The position numbers were made by a program, and so were the translations under genes. 64,000 nt of DNA from Myxococcota bacterium (GTDB lineage Bacteria; Myxococcota_A; UBA796; UBA2385). Shown here one piece after another: positions 9,123 to 20,102 of this stretch (position 1 is its first letter; each line of letters begins with the position of its first letter). The notes under the pieces were generated by a model. It was not told where the DNA came from. It saw nothing but the letters and a program-made list of their open reading frames with translations, and did no database searches. The DNA lies in assembly GCA_044344255.1 (NCBI GenBank), contig JBIJDH010000010.1:1-64000 (forward strand). Reading direction: 5' to 3'.

Positions 9123-9252
9123 GGTGCGAGGCTGTATCCTGCGGCGGGCCCGCGCCGCCCGCCCCGCGCGCCCCACCCGTGAACAAGTCGGGTTGAACGC
9201 ACACCGCGGAGCCGTGCGGCGGGCTATCGTCCGCGGCGAACCCGGAGCGTGC

Positions 9253-10431
9253 ATGACCATCCGTAGCCCCGCGAGCGCGGCCGACCTGGACGCCATCGCT
9301 GACCTCCTACGCCACTGTTACGCCGGCGCCCCCGAGCGCACCGCGGTCTACCTCCGCCGCATCGGCGCCGAGCAGCTCCGCCTGATGGGCTCGCCCGACC
9401 GGATCGAGGGCTGCGTCGCCCTGCTGCCGAAGGGCCAGTTCTTCGGCGGTCGCGCCGTGCCGGGGGAGGGCTGGGCGGCGGTGGGCGTGCCCCTCGAGGC
9501 CCGCGGCGACGGGCAGGCTCGGCGCATGCTCGAGGCGGTGCTCATCGAGGAGCGGGCGCGGGGCGTCGCGCTCGTGCCCCTCTACGCCTCCACCCAGGCG
9601 CTCTATCGGCGCCTCGGCTTCGAGACGGCGGGCGCCGCCAACCTCTATCGGATGAACCCGGCCGACCTCCGCCCCGGAGACCGCGACCTCCCCGCCACCC
9701 GCATCGACCCCCTCGACACCGCCCGCCTCGCGCCCCTCTATCAGGGCGCCGCCGCCGCCCACCCGGGCTGGCTCGATCGCGGCCCCGCCCACTGGGGCCG
9801 ACTGACGCTCACCGCCCCCGACGAGGTGCTCTACGCCTACCTCCTCGGCGACCCCGCCGCCCCCGAGGGTTACCTCCTCTATTCGATGAAGGCCGAGGGA
9901 GACCGCTTCGCCATCTCTGTCCGTGACCGGGTCACCCTCAGCCCCGCCGCCCACCGCCGCCTCTGGAGCCTGCTCGCCGACAGCCGCAGCATGGTGCGCG
10001 TGCTCCGCTGGACAGGACCCGGACAGGACGCGGACACCCTCTGTGTACCCGAGCAGAGCTGGCAGATCGAGAGCGCTGAGCGCTGGATGCTGCGCCTGGT
10101 AAACCTCCCCCTCGCGCTCACCGCCCGCGGCTACCCCGCCGCCGCCCGCGGGGCGCTGACCCTCACCGTCACCGACCCGCTCTTCCCCGAGAACACCGGC
10201 CCCTGGCGCCTTACGGTCGAGGGCGGGCAAGGGCGGGTCGAAGAGGCCCGCGGCGCCGAGGACGGGGCCGGCCTCCGCCTGTCCATCGGCGCCCTCGCCC
10301 CCCTCTACAGCGGCCTCTTCTCGGCCTCCGCCCTCCAGGCCCGGGGTGCCATCGAGGGCCCCACCGCGGCCGTCGCGATGGCGGACACCCTCTTCGCGGG
10401 GCCCGAGCCCTGGATGCCCGACCGCTTCTGA
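9253..10431 (+). CDS. Eis-like GNAT acetyltransferase with C-terminal SCP2 domain
   Basis: 'AVGVPLEARGDGQA', 'LYAS...LYRRLGFE.AG', 'WMLRLVNL..AL.ARGYP', 'D...PEN.G.W.L'; GGAG SD before ATG 9253. Confidence 0.9.
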   Translation: MTIRSPASAADLDAIADLLRHCYAGAPERTAVYLRRIGAEQLRLMGSPDRIEGCVALLPKGQFFGGRAVPGEGWAAVGVPLEARGDGQARRMLEAVLIEERARGVALVPLYASTQALYRRLGFETAGAANLYRMNPADLRPGDRDLPATRIDPLDTARLAPLYQGAAAAHPGWLDRGPAHWGRLTLTAPDEVLYAYLLGDPAAPEGYLLYSMKAEGDRFAISVRDRVTLSPAAHRRLWSLLADSRSMVRVLRWTGPGQDADTLCVPEQSWQIESAERWMLRLVNLPLALTARGYPAAARGALTLTVTDPLFPENTGPWRLTVEGGQGRVEEARGAEDGAGLRLSIGALAPLYSGLFSASALQARGAIEGPTAAVAMADTLFAGPEPWMPDRF

Positions 10432-10523
10432 GCGGCGGCGCGGAGCTGAGGAGGGCCGACCGACAGACCGGCGGATAGGAGATCCTCCACGCCTGGGACG
10501 CGCCTCACCCCGCTCGGAGCCCC

Positions 10524-11465
10524 ATGCCCTCCTCCCTCCACGAGACCCTGGTCGACCTCTGCCGCGCAGACCTCGGGCTGGTCGCCGACCTCACCGCGCG
10601 CTTCCTGCCGCCTCTCGACGGTGGCCCCGGCGCGCTCCAGCCTCTCGACGCGGCGCTCACCGATCCCAAGCCCGTCGAGCGCCGCGCTGACCTCGGCGTC
10701 GTCCCCGAGCGCGGCCCCGCCTTCATCGTGGAGGTGCAGCTCCGCGTCGATCCCGACAAGCGGTGGACCTGGCCCTCCTACACCGCCCTCGCCCGAGACC
10801 GCCTGCGCCGTGACGTCGTCCTCGTCGTCCTCACCCTCAGCGCCAAGGTGGCCGCCTGGGCGCGGGCGCCGATCCGCCTCGACGCCCTCGGCTCCACCCT
10901 CGCCCCCCTCGTCATCGGGCCCACCGACATCCCGCTCCTCACCGACCCCGCCGAGGCCCTCGCCCACCCCGAGCGCCTCGTGCTCTCCGCCCTCGCCCAC
11001 GGCAAGGGGCCCGCGGGCCCCGACATCGCCGCCGCCGCCGCGGAGGTCGTGCCCCGCCTTGACGATGATCGGGCCCGACCCTACACTGACCTCATCCTGA
11101 ACGCGCTCGGAGCGGACGCCCGCGCCGCGCTGGAGGCCGCCTTGCTGCAGAACTACGAGTACAAGAGCGACTTCGCCAAGAAGTACATCGCCATCGGCGT
11201 CGCCGAGGGCAAGGCCGAGGGCAAGGCCGAGGGCAAGGCCGAGGGCAAGGCCGAGGGCAAGGCCGAGGGCAAGGCCGAGGGCAAGGCCGAGGGCAAGGCC
11301 GAGGGCATCGCGCAGTCCCTGCTCGCGGTCCTCCGATCTCGCGGCCTTCATCCGAGCGCCGCTGAGCTCCGGCGGATCGAGGCCACCGAGGACGCCGCCA
11401 CCCTCCTCCGCTGGCTCAACCGGGCCCTCCGCGCCGGTTCGGTCGAAGAGGCCTTGGCCGACTGA
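10524..11465 (+). CDS. Rpn/YhgA-like PD-(D/E)XK nuclease-fold protein with an (AEGK)n linker
   Basis: 'ERRADL', 'IVEVQL', 'WPSY', eight AEGK repeats and a DUF4351-like tail ('RIEATEDAATLLRWLNRALRA.SVEE'). Confidence 0.75.
   Translation: MPSSLHETLVDLCRADLGLVADLTARFLPPLDGGPGALQPLDAALTDPKPVERRADLGVVPERGPAFIVEVQLRVDPDKRWTWPSYTALARDRLRRDVVLVVLTLSAKVAAWARAPIRLDALGSTLAPLVIGPTDIPLLTDPAEALAHPERLVLSALAHGKGPAGPDIAAAAAEVVPRLDDDRARPYTDLILNALGADARAALEAALLQNYEYKSDFAKKYIAIGVAEGKAEGKAEGKAEGKAEGKAEGKAEGKAEGKAEGIAQSLLAVLRSRGLHPSAAELRRIEATEDAATLLRWLNRALRAGSVEEALAD
11202..11306 (+). repeat. 12-bp coding VNTR (GCCGAGGGCAAG) x8 plus a partial unit
   Basis: Perfect tandem repeat encoding AEGK. Confidence 0.95.
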
Positions 11466-11498
11466 GCTCGACCGACTCAGCCCGCGGCCCCGCACCGG

Positions 11499-13183
<1,685 letters not shown>

Positions 13184-13187
<4 letters not shown>

Positions 13188-13831
13188 CCGTCCTCCTCCT
13201 TCGGGCCACGGTCGTGGTGTGGGAAGAAGGACCGCACCTGCGCCGGGTTGTCCATCAGGAGCTGCACCTGCGGCTTGAGGCGGTTGTACGTTCGCTTCGC
13301 GGCGTCCAGGGCGGTGCGGCGCTCGTTCTCGGCGGCGTAGAGCGCGGGGGTGAGGGCGTCACGGGCGCGCTCGGCGGCCTCGACCCCGGCGCGGGCCGCC
13401 TCCAGCGAGAGGAGGCTCCCGGTGAGGCTCGTGTAGGCGCTGTCGGTGCGCAACATCATCAGGATGTGGCTCACGTGCAGCGCCTGCTGGGGCCCGGCCA
13501 CCGGGCGGGTGAGCTCGGAGGGGTTCTGGGAGAACAGGCGCGACCACCGCTCATCCTTGTTGTCGCCGCCGAGGAGCACCCGCACCTCCCGGGCGAGGCT
13601 GGCGACAGCGTCGTCTTCTACGCTGTCCCGGTACACGATCTCGGCGGTAGCGGCCGCAGACTGCTCCCCCAGCTCTGCGGCGGCCTCCAGGGCGGCGCGA
13701 AGGCGAGCGCGAGCGGCCTCGACCGGCGGGACGAGGCCGAGGGTGTCGGGGCGAGAGGCGAGGCGAATACAGACGAATCGGAGCGCGCGCAATGTGGTGG
13801 AGGCGCCGACATTCGCGTTCAGGGTGAACAT
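13184..13831 (-). CDS. Hypothetical helical protein
   Basis: GGAG SD before ATG; stop overlaps the start of the FG-GAP gene; coding-like codon usage. Confidence 0.65.
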
Positions 13832-14001
13832 CAGGGGCTCCAGAGGTGACGGCGGGGTTCCGGGGGCAGAGCGGACCTACAGTCTGCGGGCCACGAAGAT
13901 AACAACCGATGCGGCTGAGCAGAGTCCCCACCTACCCCGTCTCCTCCTCCCCGCCCTCCTCCCCGCCATTGAGCGGGCTCGGCGTGAGCTCATCGAAAGG
14001 C

Positions 14002-14586
14002 CTATCGGAGGGCGGCGTTCCCAGGCCGGAGCAGCGGGAGGTCTATCGTGCGATAGAAGGTCGTGCCCTCGCGGGTCTGCTCGGTGCGGATGAGCGAGAG
14101 CTCGAAGCGGGCGTCGACGATGCGGTTGCTGCGCTCATTGCCGATGCGCACCTGGAGGGTGGGCACCCCGTCGTGGGGGCCGATGGCGGCGTGGCGGGAG
14201 AAGCGGACCCGGGAGCGGGTGCGGCCGAACTTGGTGAAGACGAGGCCGGTGGCCACCGCGGTGGCGACGAGGCCGACGACCGACTCGGCGACGACGAGGA
14301 GGTGGGCGGGATCGGACTCCGGGTACATCGAGCCGTAGCCGATGGTGCCCATCGTCTGGACGCTGAAGTAGAAGGCCTGCCTCCATGAGTCCGCGGGCAG
14401 GTTGGCCACGCCGCCGACGAGGAAGTAGGCCGTCGCGAAGAGCGCGTTCAGCAGCAGATAACCGACCGCGATGCCCGAGAGGGCGCGCGGCCAGGTGGTG
14501 CGCAAGAAGGCGTGCGTGGTGTCGCTCCAGAGGGCGCGGGGCGCCCCGAGGACGACGAAGAGGTCTTCGGGCGGCGGCGGCGACAT
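14002..14586 (-). pseudogene. KirBac-like inward-rectifier K+ channel, C-terminally truncated
   Basis: 'AFYFSVQTMGTIGYG' pore signature, 'ATGLVFTKF.R...RVRFS', 'GVPTLQVRIGNER.N.I'. Stops at 194 aa, partway into the cytoplasmic domain, with no continuation seen in other frames. Confidence 0.7.
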
Positions 14587-14595
14587 CGGCGAGGC

Positions 14596-15837
14596 TCAGC
14601 CCTCAGGCGGGGCGGTAGGAGAGGGGGCAGGCGGGCGCGGTCGATCGAAGAGGCCCATGAGCAGCGCGGGGAGGAGGACGAGGCCCCCCTTGAGGGCGAT
14701 GTCCAGGTCGGAGACGTGCAGGGCGGGGTGAGCGAGGAGCCCGAAGGCGTCGGTGGCGGCGAGCAGCACGCCCACCCCGAGGCCCAGGCCGAGCTGGGCC
14801 GCGAGCCGGAGCCGGGCCGCGGGAGGCAGGGGCCGGGAGACCTCAAGGAAGCCGAGGGTGAGCGAGGACAGGCAGACCAGGGCCAGGGACAGGGTCGCGG
14901 CCTCTCGGGCCGCTGGGCGAGACAGACCGTATCGGATGGCCAGGGCCGGCACGCAGAAGATCAGGGTGAAGCGCCGCCCGACCGCGTGGAGGAGGCGCAG
15001 ATAGGGTGTCGCCGCGGCGGCCGACAGGCCGGGAGCGCGGGGGTCCCTCCCCGACAGGGTGATGGTCGCCCCGGCGAGCAGCCCGCAGCCGAGGAGGACC
15101 GGCGCGTAAGAGGCCAGCCAGCCGAGGTTGTAGAGCAGGGCGATGGCGTTGACCCCCACCACCAGCACCGACAGGGCGCCGAGGCCGACGAAGAAGAGCA
15201 GCAGGCGGCGATAGGAGGGAGGCTCGGCGGGCAGCGGCCGGCGCCCGAGCCCATAGAGCAGCGGCGCGGTGAGCAGCACGCCCACCCCGCGCAGGAGGAG
15301 GTCGTCGCGGGTGTAGGGGTTGTCGAGCAGCACCTCGACGGCCGAGAGCACCCCCGTCCAGGCGAGGCCGGCGAGGAGCCCGAGCGGCCCGCCGGCGATA
15401 CGCTGCGCCGCCTCCCGGTCAAGCAGCCAGGCGATGGAGAGATAGGCGGAGAGCGCGAAGGGCAGCTCCAGCACGGCCTGGACGCGAAGCACGGTGGGCT
15501 CGAGCCACGGGGCGCTCGACAGGCGCTCACAGAGCCAGCGCACGGGGCCGTGGTCGGGGGCGAGGTGGAAGAAGGCGGGCTGACCCGCGAGGCCGATGAA
15601 GTCGGTGTCCCCCCCGCGCTCGACGGCCACATAGACGTTGAAGAGGACCTGATTGACGTAGAGGAGCAGCACCAGCAGGAGCAGCAGGCGCCACCACACG
15701 TTGACACGCGGCCGTAGGCCCGCAGGGGAGGCGCCGGCCTCGGCGGGGCCGGGCGCGGTGGGGCCGGGCGGCGGGGCCGCGAAGGGGAGCCCGAGGGCGA
15801 AGCCCCCCACGGCCAGCGCGGCGATCAAGGTCCACAT
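14596..15837 (-). CDS. Multi-pass membrane hypothetical protein
   Basis: Many hydrophobic helices; GGAG SD; co-oriented with the Kir gene 9 bp downstream. Confidence 0.7.
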   Translation of the reverse strand: MWTLIAALAVGGFALGLPFAAPPPGPTAPGPAEAGASPAGLRPRVNVWWRLLLLLVLLLYVNQVLFNVYVAVERGGDTDFIGLAGQPAFFHLAPDHGPVRWLCERLSSAPWLEPTVLRVQAVLELPFALSAYLSIAWLLDREAAQRIAGGPLGLLAGLAWTGVLSAVEVLLDNPYTRDDLLLRGVGVLLTAPLLYGLGRRPLPAEPPSYRRLLLFFVGLGALSVLVVGVNAIALLYNLGWLASYAPVLLGCGLLAGATITLSGRDPRAPGLSAAAATPYLRLLHAVGRRFTLIFCVPALAIRYGLSRPAAREAATLSLALVCLSSLTLGFLEVSRPLPPAARLRLAAQLGLGLGVGVLLAATDAFGLLAHPALHVSDLDIALKGGLVLLPALLMGLFDRPRPPAPSPTAPPEG

Positions 15838-15926
15838 CCGGGCTCCGAACGAGGAGAGGCCTTAACCCTCCTCCCCCCGGCGGCGCTCCGGCGGGTCAGC
15901 CGATAAGGGGTGCGGGCGAGGTTCGG

Positions 15927-16994
15927 ATGCGCGAGGAACACGAAGGCCGCTACCAGATGCTGTGGGACTGTCCCTTCTGCGGGACGGAGCGCCTGCTCGG
16001 GCTCGACCATCGCCACTGCCCGGCCTGCGGCGCCGCACAAGACCCCGCGCGGCGCTACTTCCCGAAGGACGAGGAGCGGGTGGCGGTCGCCGACCACCCC
16101 TACCACGGGGCCGATCGGGTCTGCCCGAGCTGCAGCACGCCGAACGGCGGCAAGAGCGAATTCTGCGGCAACTGCGGCACCGCCCTCGATGAGTCCGCCG
16201 CGGCCCGACAGCGCGCTGCCCAGGCGGTCCAGGAGGGGCAGAGCTTCGCCGCCGACAGCGCCCGCGCCGCCGCCCAGGAGCTGAGCGGCAAGCGGCCCTC
16301 AACGCCGCCGCCACCGCCGCCACCACCACCGGCATCGTCCGGCCTCGGGAAGAAGGTGGCGGGCGCCGGCTGCTGCCTCGGCCTCGTGGCCCTGGCGGCC
16401 CTGCTCCTCGTCGCCCTCCTCTGGAAGAAGGAGGCCCTGGTCGAGGTCAGCGGCCATCGCTGGGAGCGGACGATCACCATCGAAGAGAACCGCGCCGTCT
16501 CGGAGAGCGGTTGGAAGGAGGACGCCCCCCGCGGCGCCAATGGCCTGCAGTGCCGCGAAAAAGAGAAGAGCACGAAGAAGGTGGAGGACGGGGAGGAGTG
16601 TGAGAAGAAGCGGGTCGACAAGGGCGACGGCACCTATGACCAGGTCAAGGAGTGCCACCCCAAGTACCGCTCGGTGCCGGTGATGGGCGACTGGTGCACC
16701 TGGACCGCGGTCAAGTGGACCACCGACCACGTCGAGAAGGCGAAGGGCGACAGCCCGAATGACCCGCCCCGCTGGCCCGAGGCGAACCCCCGCCCGGCCG
16801 GGGACTGCGAGGGCTGCCAGCGAAAGGGCGCCAAGTCCGAGACCTACACGGTGCTCTGGAAGGGCGACGGCGAGTCCTTCACCTGTGACTTGCCCGAGAA
16901 GAAGTGGGCCAGCTTCAAGGTCGGCTCGAAGTGGAAGGCCAAGGTCGGGGTCATCGCCGGGGGCATTGACTGCGACGCCGTCGTCGCGCGCTGA
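15927..16994 (+). CDS. Zinc-ribbon membrane-anchored protein with a Cys-rich extracellular domain
   Basis: Four CxxC pairs (CPFC, CPAC, CPSC, CGNC), poly-Pro, one TM, then a Lys/Cys-rich domain. Confidence 0.75.
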   Translation: MREEHEGRYQMLWDCPFCGTERLLGLDHRHCPACGAAQDPARRYFPKDEERVAVADHPYHGADRVCPSCSTPNGGKSEFCGNCGTALDESAAARQRAAQAVQEGQSFAADSARAAAQELSGKRPSTPPPPPPPPPASSGLGKKVAGAGCCLGLVALAALLLVALLWKKEALVEVSGHRWERTITIEENRAVSESGWKEDAPRGANGLQCREKEKSTKKVEDGEECEKKRVDKGDGTYDQVKECHPKYRSVPVMGDWCTWTAVKWTTDHVEKAKGDSPNDPPRWPEANPRPAGDCEGCQRKGAKSETYTVLWKGDGESFTCDLPEKKWASFKVGSKWKAKVGVIAGGIDCDAVVAR

Positions 16995-17013
16995 GGCGGC
17001 GGCCGCTGCCCGC

Positions 17014-17481
17014 TCAGAAGGCCCAGCCGAGGTTGGTGTGCGCGGCGACGCCGAAGCCGTTCACGCCGTAGCCGCCCACGTCGTAGTCGAAGTAGGAGGC
17101 GCCGAGGCCCCCCGAGAGCACGAAGCCCGGCCCGAAGACCCCGGTGTAGCCGACGAGCGCGCTCGTGTAGCCCCCGAGCGCCAACTCCGGGGCCGGGTCT
17201 GTGGTGCGGAGGTGCGCCCCCACCCCGCGCAGCATCACCCAGGCCCCCTCAGGGGCCGCACCGGTGAAGAAGCCCCGCAGGCCCGCCTCCACGCCGTAGC
17301 CGCGGTAGGGTCCATTCACGTCGGCCAGCACACCGTCATAGAGGCGCAGGCTGGGGCCGACGTACAGGGAGGCGTGTGGCCCGAGGGTGCGCTCCACCTG
17401 TACGTGCGCGAAGCCGATTGCCGTGGTGAGGGGGTCAACCGTGACGGTCCAGTGGAGGGCGAGGGCGGCGAGGGGCTGCAT
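17014..17481 (-). CDS. Small outer-membrane beta-barrel-like protein
   Basis: Amphipathic beta strands rich in G/Y/F; C-terminal 'NLGWAF' BAM-type ending. Confidence 0.6.
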   Translation of the reverse strand: MQPLAALALHWTVTVDPLTTAIGFAHVQVERTLGPHASLYVGPSLRLYDGVLADVNGPYRGYGVEAGLRGFFTGAAPEGAWVMLRGVGAHLRTTDPAPELALGGYTSALVGYTGVFGPGFVLSGGLGASYFDYDVGGYGVNGFGVAAHTNLGWAF

Positions 17482-17634
17482 CCGCTCAGCCTACCGCGCC
17501 GCACCGCCGACCTGCCAGACAGCGATGTCGCGGTCCGCTTCGGCGGGCCGGCTCCGCGCGACGAAGATCCGCACCACGACAGGCTGGCATGACCGTTGCT
17601 CTGAGTCCGGACCACCACCCTCCTCGGAGCCTCC

Positions 17635-18366
17635 ATGCGCCCCTCTCCCCTCGTCACCGCCCTCGCCCTCTTGCCCGCCTGCCAGTGGGAGCGAGGGATG
17701 GAGCTCCAAGACGCCCAGCTCGAGGCCGCACAAATTGACACCGAGGTCTATGTCCAAGACGGCTCCGACGCTTGGGAGCAGGCTGGCCGCCTGTCGGTCA
17801 CCGGGGCGGAGCAGGACTGGGCTCTGTCCCTCGCGGGGGAGACCGAGTCGTGGTCCTTCGGTGTCCACAGCCCCGCCACCACCGTGCTGTCCCACTTCGC
17901 CGACACGGAGGTCACCCTCTCCCTCACCACCTCCTGGTCGGGGCGACCGACCGGCATCGCGATCGCCGACGAGGCCGATCTCGCCTGGGCCGTCTGGGGG
18001 GCCGACGGCAATGACGCCCTCACCGCGCGCTTCGGCGACGACCTCGTGCGATATGGGGAGGAGCTCGAAGCGGGTCGGGCCGACGGGATGAAGTACTCCT
18101 GGCGCACCGTCTCCTTTCAGACCGACGAGGGGCGGGTCGAGCTCGCCCCCGGCGAGGTGGACGACCTCCGCATCGACGGCGCCCTCTGGCGCGTCACCGT
18201 CATCGCCGCCTACAAGGAGGAGCCGCTCCCCGGCACGGCCGTCCCCGACTGCGGAGGCGGTGGAGACCTGATCAGCTTCGAGATCGAGCGGGTGGCCGAG
18301 GCGGCCGGCTCGGACAGCCGGAGCCGACCCGAGGGCGCCGAGATGGCCGCCCGGAGCTGCGGCTGA
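17635..18366 (+). CDS. Hypothetical lipoprotein
   Basis: GGAG SD; lipobox 'LALLPAC'. Confidence 0.7.
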   Translation: MRPSPLVTALALLPACQWERGMELQDAQLEAAQIDTEVYVQDGSDAWEQAGRLSVTGAEQDWALSLAGETESWSFGVHSPATTVLSHFADTEVTLSLTTSWSGRPTGIAIADEADLAWAVWGADGNDALTARFGDDLVRYGEELEAGRADGMKYSWRTVSFQTDEGRVELAPGEVDDLRIDGALWRVTVIAAYKEEPLPGTAVPDCGGGGDLISFEIERVAEAAGSDSRSRPEGAEMAARSCG

Positions 18367-18430
18367 GCGGGCTCAGGGCTTGTCGCTGAGCGGTCTCAGG
18401 GCTTGTCGCTGAGCGGGCTCAGGGGTTGTT
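18362..18430. repeat. 23-bp tandem repeat x3 containing both convergent stop codons
   Basis: gctgagcgggctcagggcttgtc / gctgagcggtctcagggcttgtc / gctgagcgggctcaggggttgtt; core is the palindrome CTGAGC-GG-GCTCAG. Confidence 0.9.
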
Positions 18431-19045
18431 GCTCTCCCCCTCCGAGGGGTGGTCGATGACGACCCAGGTGTCACCGCCGTCGGGCACCCGGCCGTAGCTC
18501 TGGTCGGTGTCGAGGGCGGGGAGCAGCACCTCGCCCTCGACGGCGCCGCCCTCATTGAGCAGGGTGACGGTCTCACCGTCGGCGTCGAGCTTGAAGTCGG
18601 CCTCGAGCTCGGTGCCCTCGCCGGTGGCCTCGATCACCAGCCACTCGCCGGCGTCGATGGAGAGGCCGCTCGGCAGCGTGTAGGGCGTGACCCCGTCGGC
18701 GAGGCCGTCGCCGATCGACCAGCCGTCGAGGGACTGCTGGGTGTTGCCCGCGTTGTAGAGCTCGATCCAATCGGGATCGCCGTCGCTCGCGTCGGCGAGG
18801 AGCTCGTTCAAGACCACCCGGGCCTGGACATCGCCGTCGGCGTCGGCGTCGCTGTCGGCGTCACCGTCGGCGTCACCGTCGGCGTCGCTGTCGGCGTCGC
18901 TGTCGGCATCGGCGTCGGATTCCCCCGCCGAGTCGGGGGAGCGGAGCGGATCCTGCTTGGTGGCGCCGCTGCAGGCGACGAGCCCGAAGAGCCCCGTCCA
19001 GAGCGTCAGGGTGACAGGGCAGCGAGCGAAGGGAGGGGCGGTCAC
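18419..19045 (-). CDS. Lamin-tail-domain (LTD) lipoprotein with a DADSD linker
   Basis: Lipobox 'GLVAC'; 'VVLNELLA...PDWIELYNAG', 'FKLDADGETVTL', 'DQSYGRVPDG'. Confidence 0.85.
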   Translation of the reverse strand: MTAPPFARCPVTLTLWTGLFGLVACSGATKQDPLRSPDSAGESDADADSDADSDADGDADGDADSDADADGDVQARVVLNELLADASDGDPDWIELYNAGNTQQSLDGWSIGDGLADGVTPYTLPSGLSIDAGEWLVIEATGEGTELEADFKLDADGETVTLLNEGGAVEGEVLLPALDTDQSYGRVPDGGDTWVVIDHPSEGESNNP

Positions 19046-19046
19046 G

Positions 19047-20102
19047 TCAATCTCCGGGAGACAGGGGCCGACCGGCGCCGAGGCCGGCCTCCACCTGGAT
19101 GAACAGGGTGTTGGTCGCGGTCTCGGCCTCGGCGCCGGCGAGCTCGGTCACTCCGGTGCCCGCCCAGCGGGCCGTCCAGCCGCCCGCGAGGGCGAGGCGC
19201 TCGGGGCCGGGCAGCCGATCCCAGCCGAGGCCGACCCGCGGCAGCGCCGTACGGCTGAGGGGGTCCCCAGGGACCTCGGTGACGAGGTCGAGGCGGCCCC
19301 AGCCGAAGAGCCGCTCGTCCGCGCCGCCCCGCAGCCAAGCAGACAGGGCGCGCGGGCTCCGCTCCCCGTCCCCGTCCACGCCGAGGGCCATCAGGAGCTC
19401 GACCCCGCCGCCCACGACGTCCGCGCCGCCGTCGACGCGGAGACCCAGGCGGTGGTCGCGCACAAGGTCGAGCCCACTGGAGCCATCCCGCGCGAAGAGG
19501 CCGACGCCCAGCGCATCCGGAGCGTCGAGGCCGGCCAGAGGGTGGACGGAGAGGAGCAGGCTCAGGTCTTGCCCCTCATTCCGCTCTCGCCGGCGCAGGC
19601 CCTCCCCGGAGCTCGCGCCGACCGACAGGCCGCCCCAGCCGCCCGGCGCGGTCCAGTCCGCCGAGAGGCCGAGATCTCCAGGGGAGAACCACCCTTGCTC
19701 CTCGCCGAGGCCGGGGGCCTCGAGGCGGAGGCCGCTCGCCGCGTCCCCCGAGGCGACCCAGGGGTCCGGGAGGAGCCCGCCGGACAGGCCGAGGCCCCAC
19801 TCCGCCACCCGGACGCGCGCGGCGGCCACCCGCAGCTCGGTGACGATCGCCTCTCCGGAGACGCCGATGTAGCCGTCCTCTCCGCCGGAGCGCACCGCGC
19901 CCACGGAGGCCACCGCCCCGCCGAAGGGCCCGTCGAGGGCCACCGTCCCGACCGCGCGGGGGAGGGAGAAGTATCGGCTGATCCCCACCCCGGGGAGGTC
20001 ACCCTGGAAGCGCCCCGCCACCTCGACCCGACCGCCGACGCAGGCCTCCTCCGCGGCGATGACCTCGGGGAGCACGAGCGGGGGCGGCGGGCAAGGTGTC
20101 AC
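19047..20102 (-). CDS. Porin-like outer-membrane beta-barrel hypothetical protein
   Basis: GTG start overlaps the phnX stop; amphipathic strands; 'GEG...ERNEGQDLS' segment reminiscent of phosphate-porin-like barrels; no clear signal peptide. Confidence 0.5.
   Translation of the reverse strand: MTPCPPPPLVLPEVIAAEEACVGGRVEVAGRFQGDLPGVGISRYFSLPRAVGTVALDGPFGGAVASVGAVRSGGEDGYIGVSGEAIVTELRVAAARVRVAEWGLGLSGGLLPDPWVASGDAASGLRLEAPGLGEEQGWFSPGDLGLSADWTAPGGWGGLSVGASSGEGLRRRERNEGQDLSLLLSVHPLAGLDAPDALGVGLFARDGSSGLDLVRDHRLGLRVDGGADVVGGGVELLMALGVDGDGERSPRALSAWLRGGADERLFGWGRLDLVTEVPGDPLSRTALPRVGLGWDRLPGPERLALAGGWTARWAGTGVTELAGAEAETATNTLFIQVEAGLGAGRPLSPGD

Noticed and set aside
11202..11306. Perfect 12-bp repeats as a CRISPR array
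   Set aside because: No spacers; in-frame coding VNTR. The 14-23-bp intergenic repeats also lack spacers, and no cas genes are present
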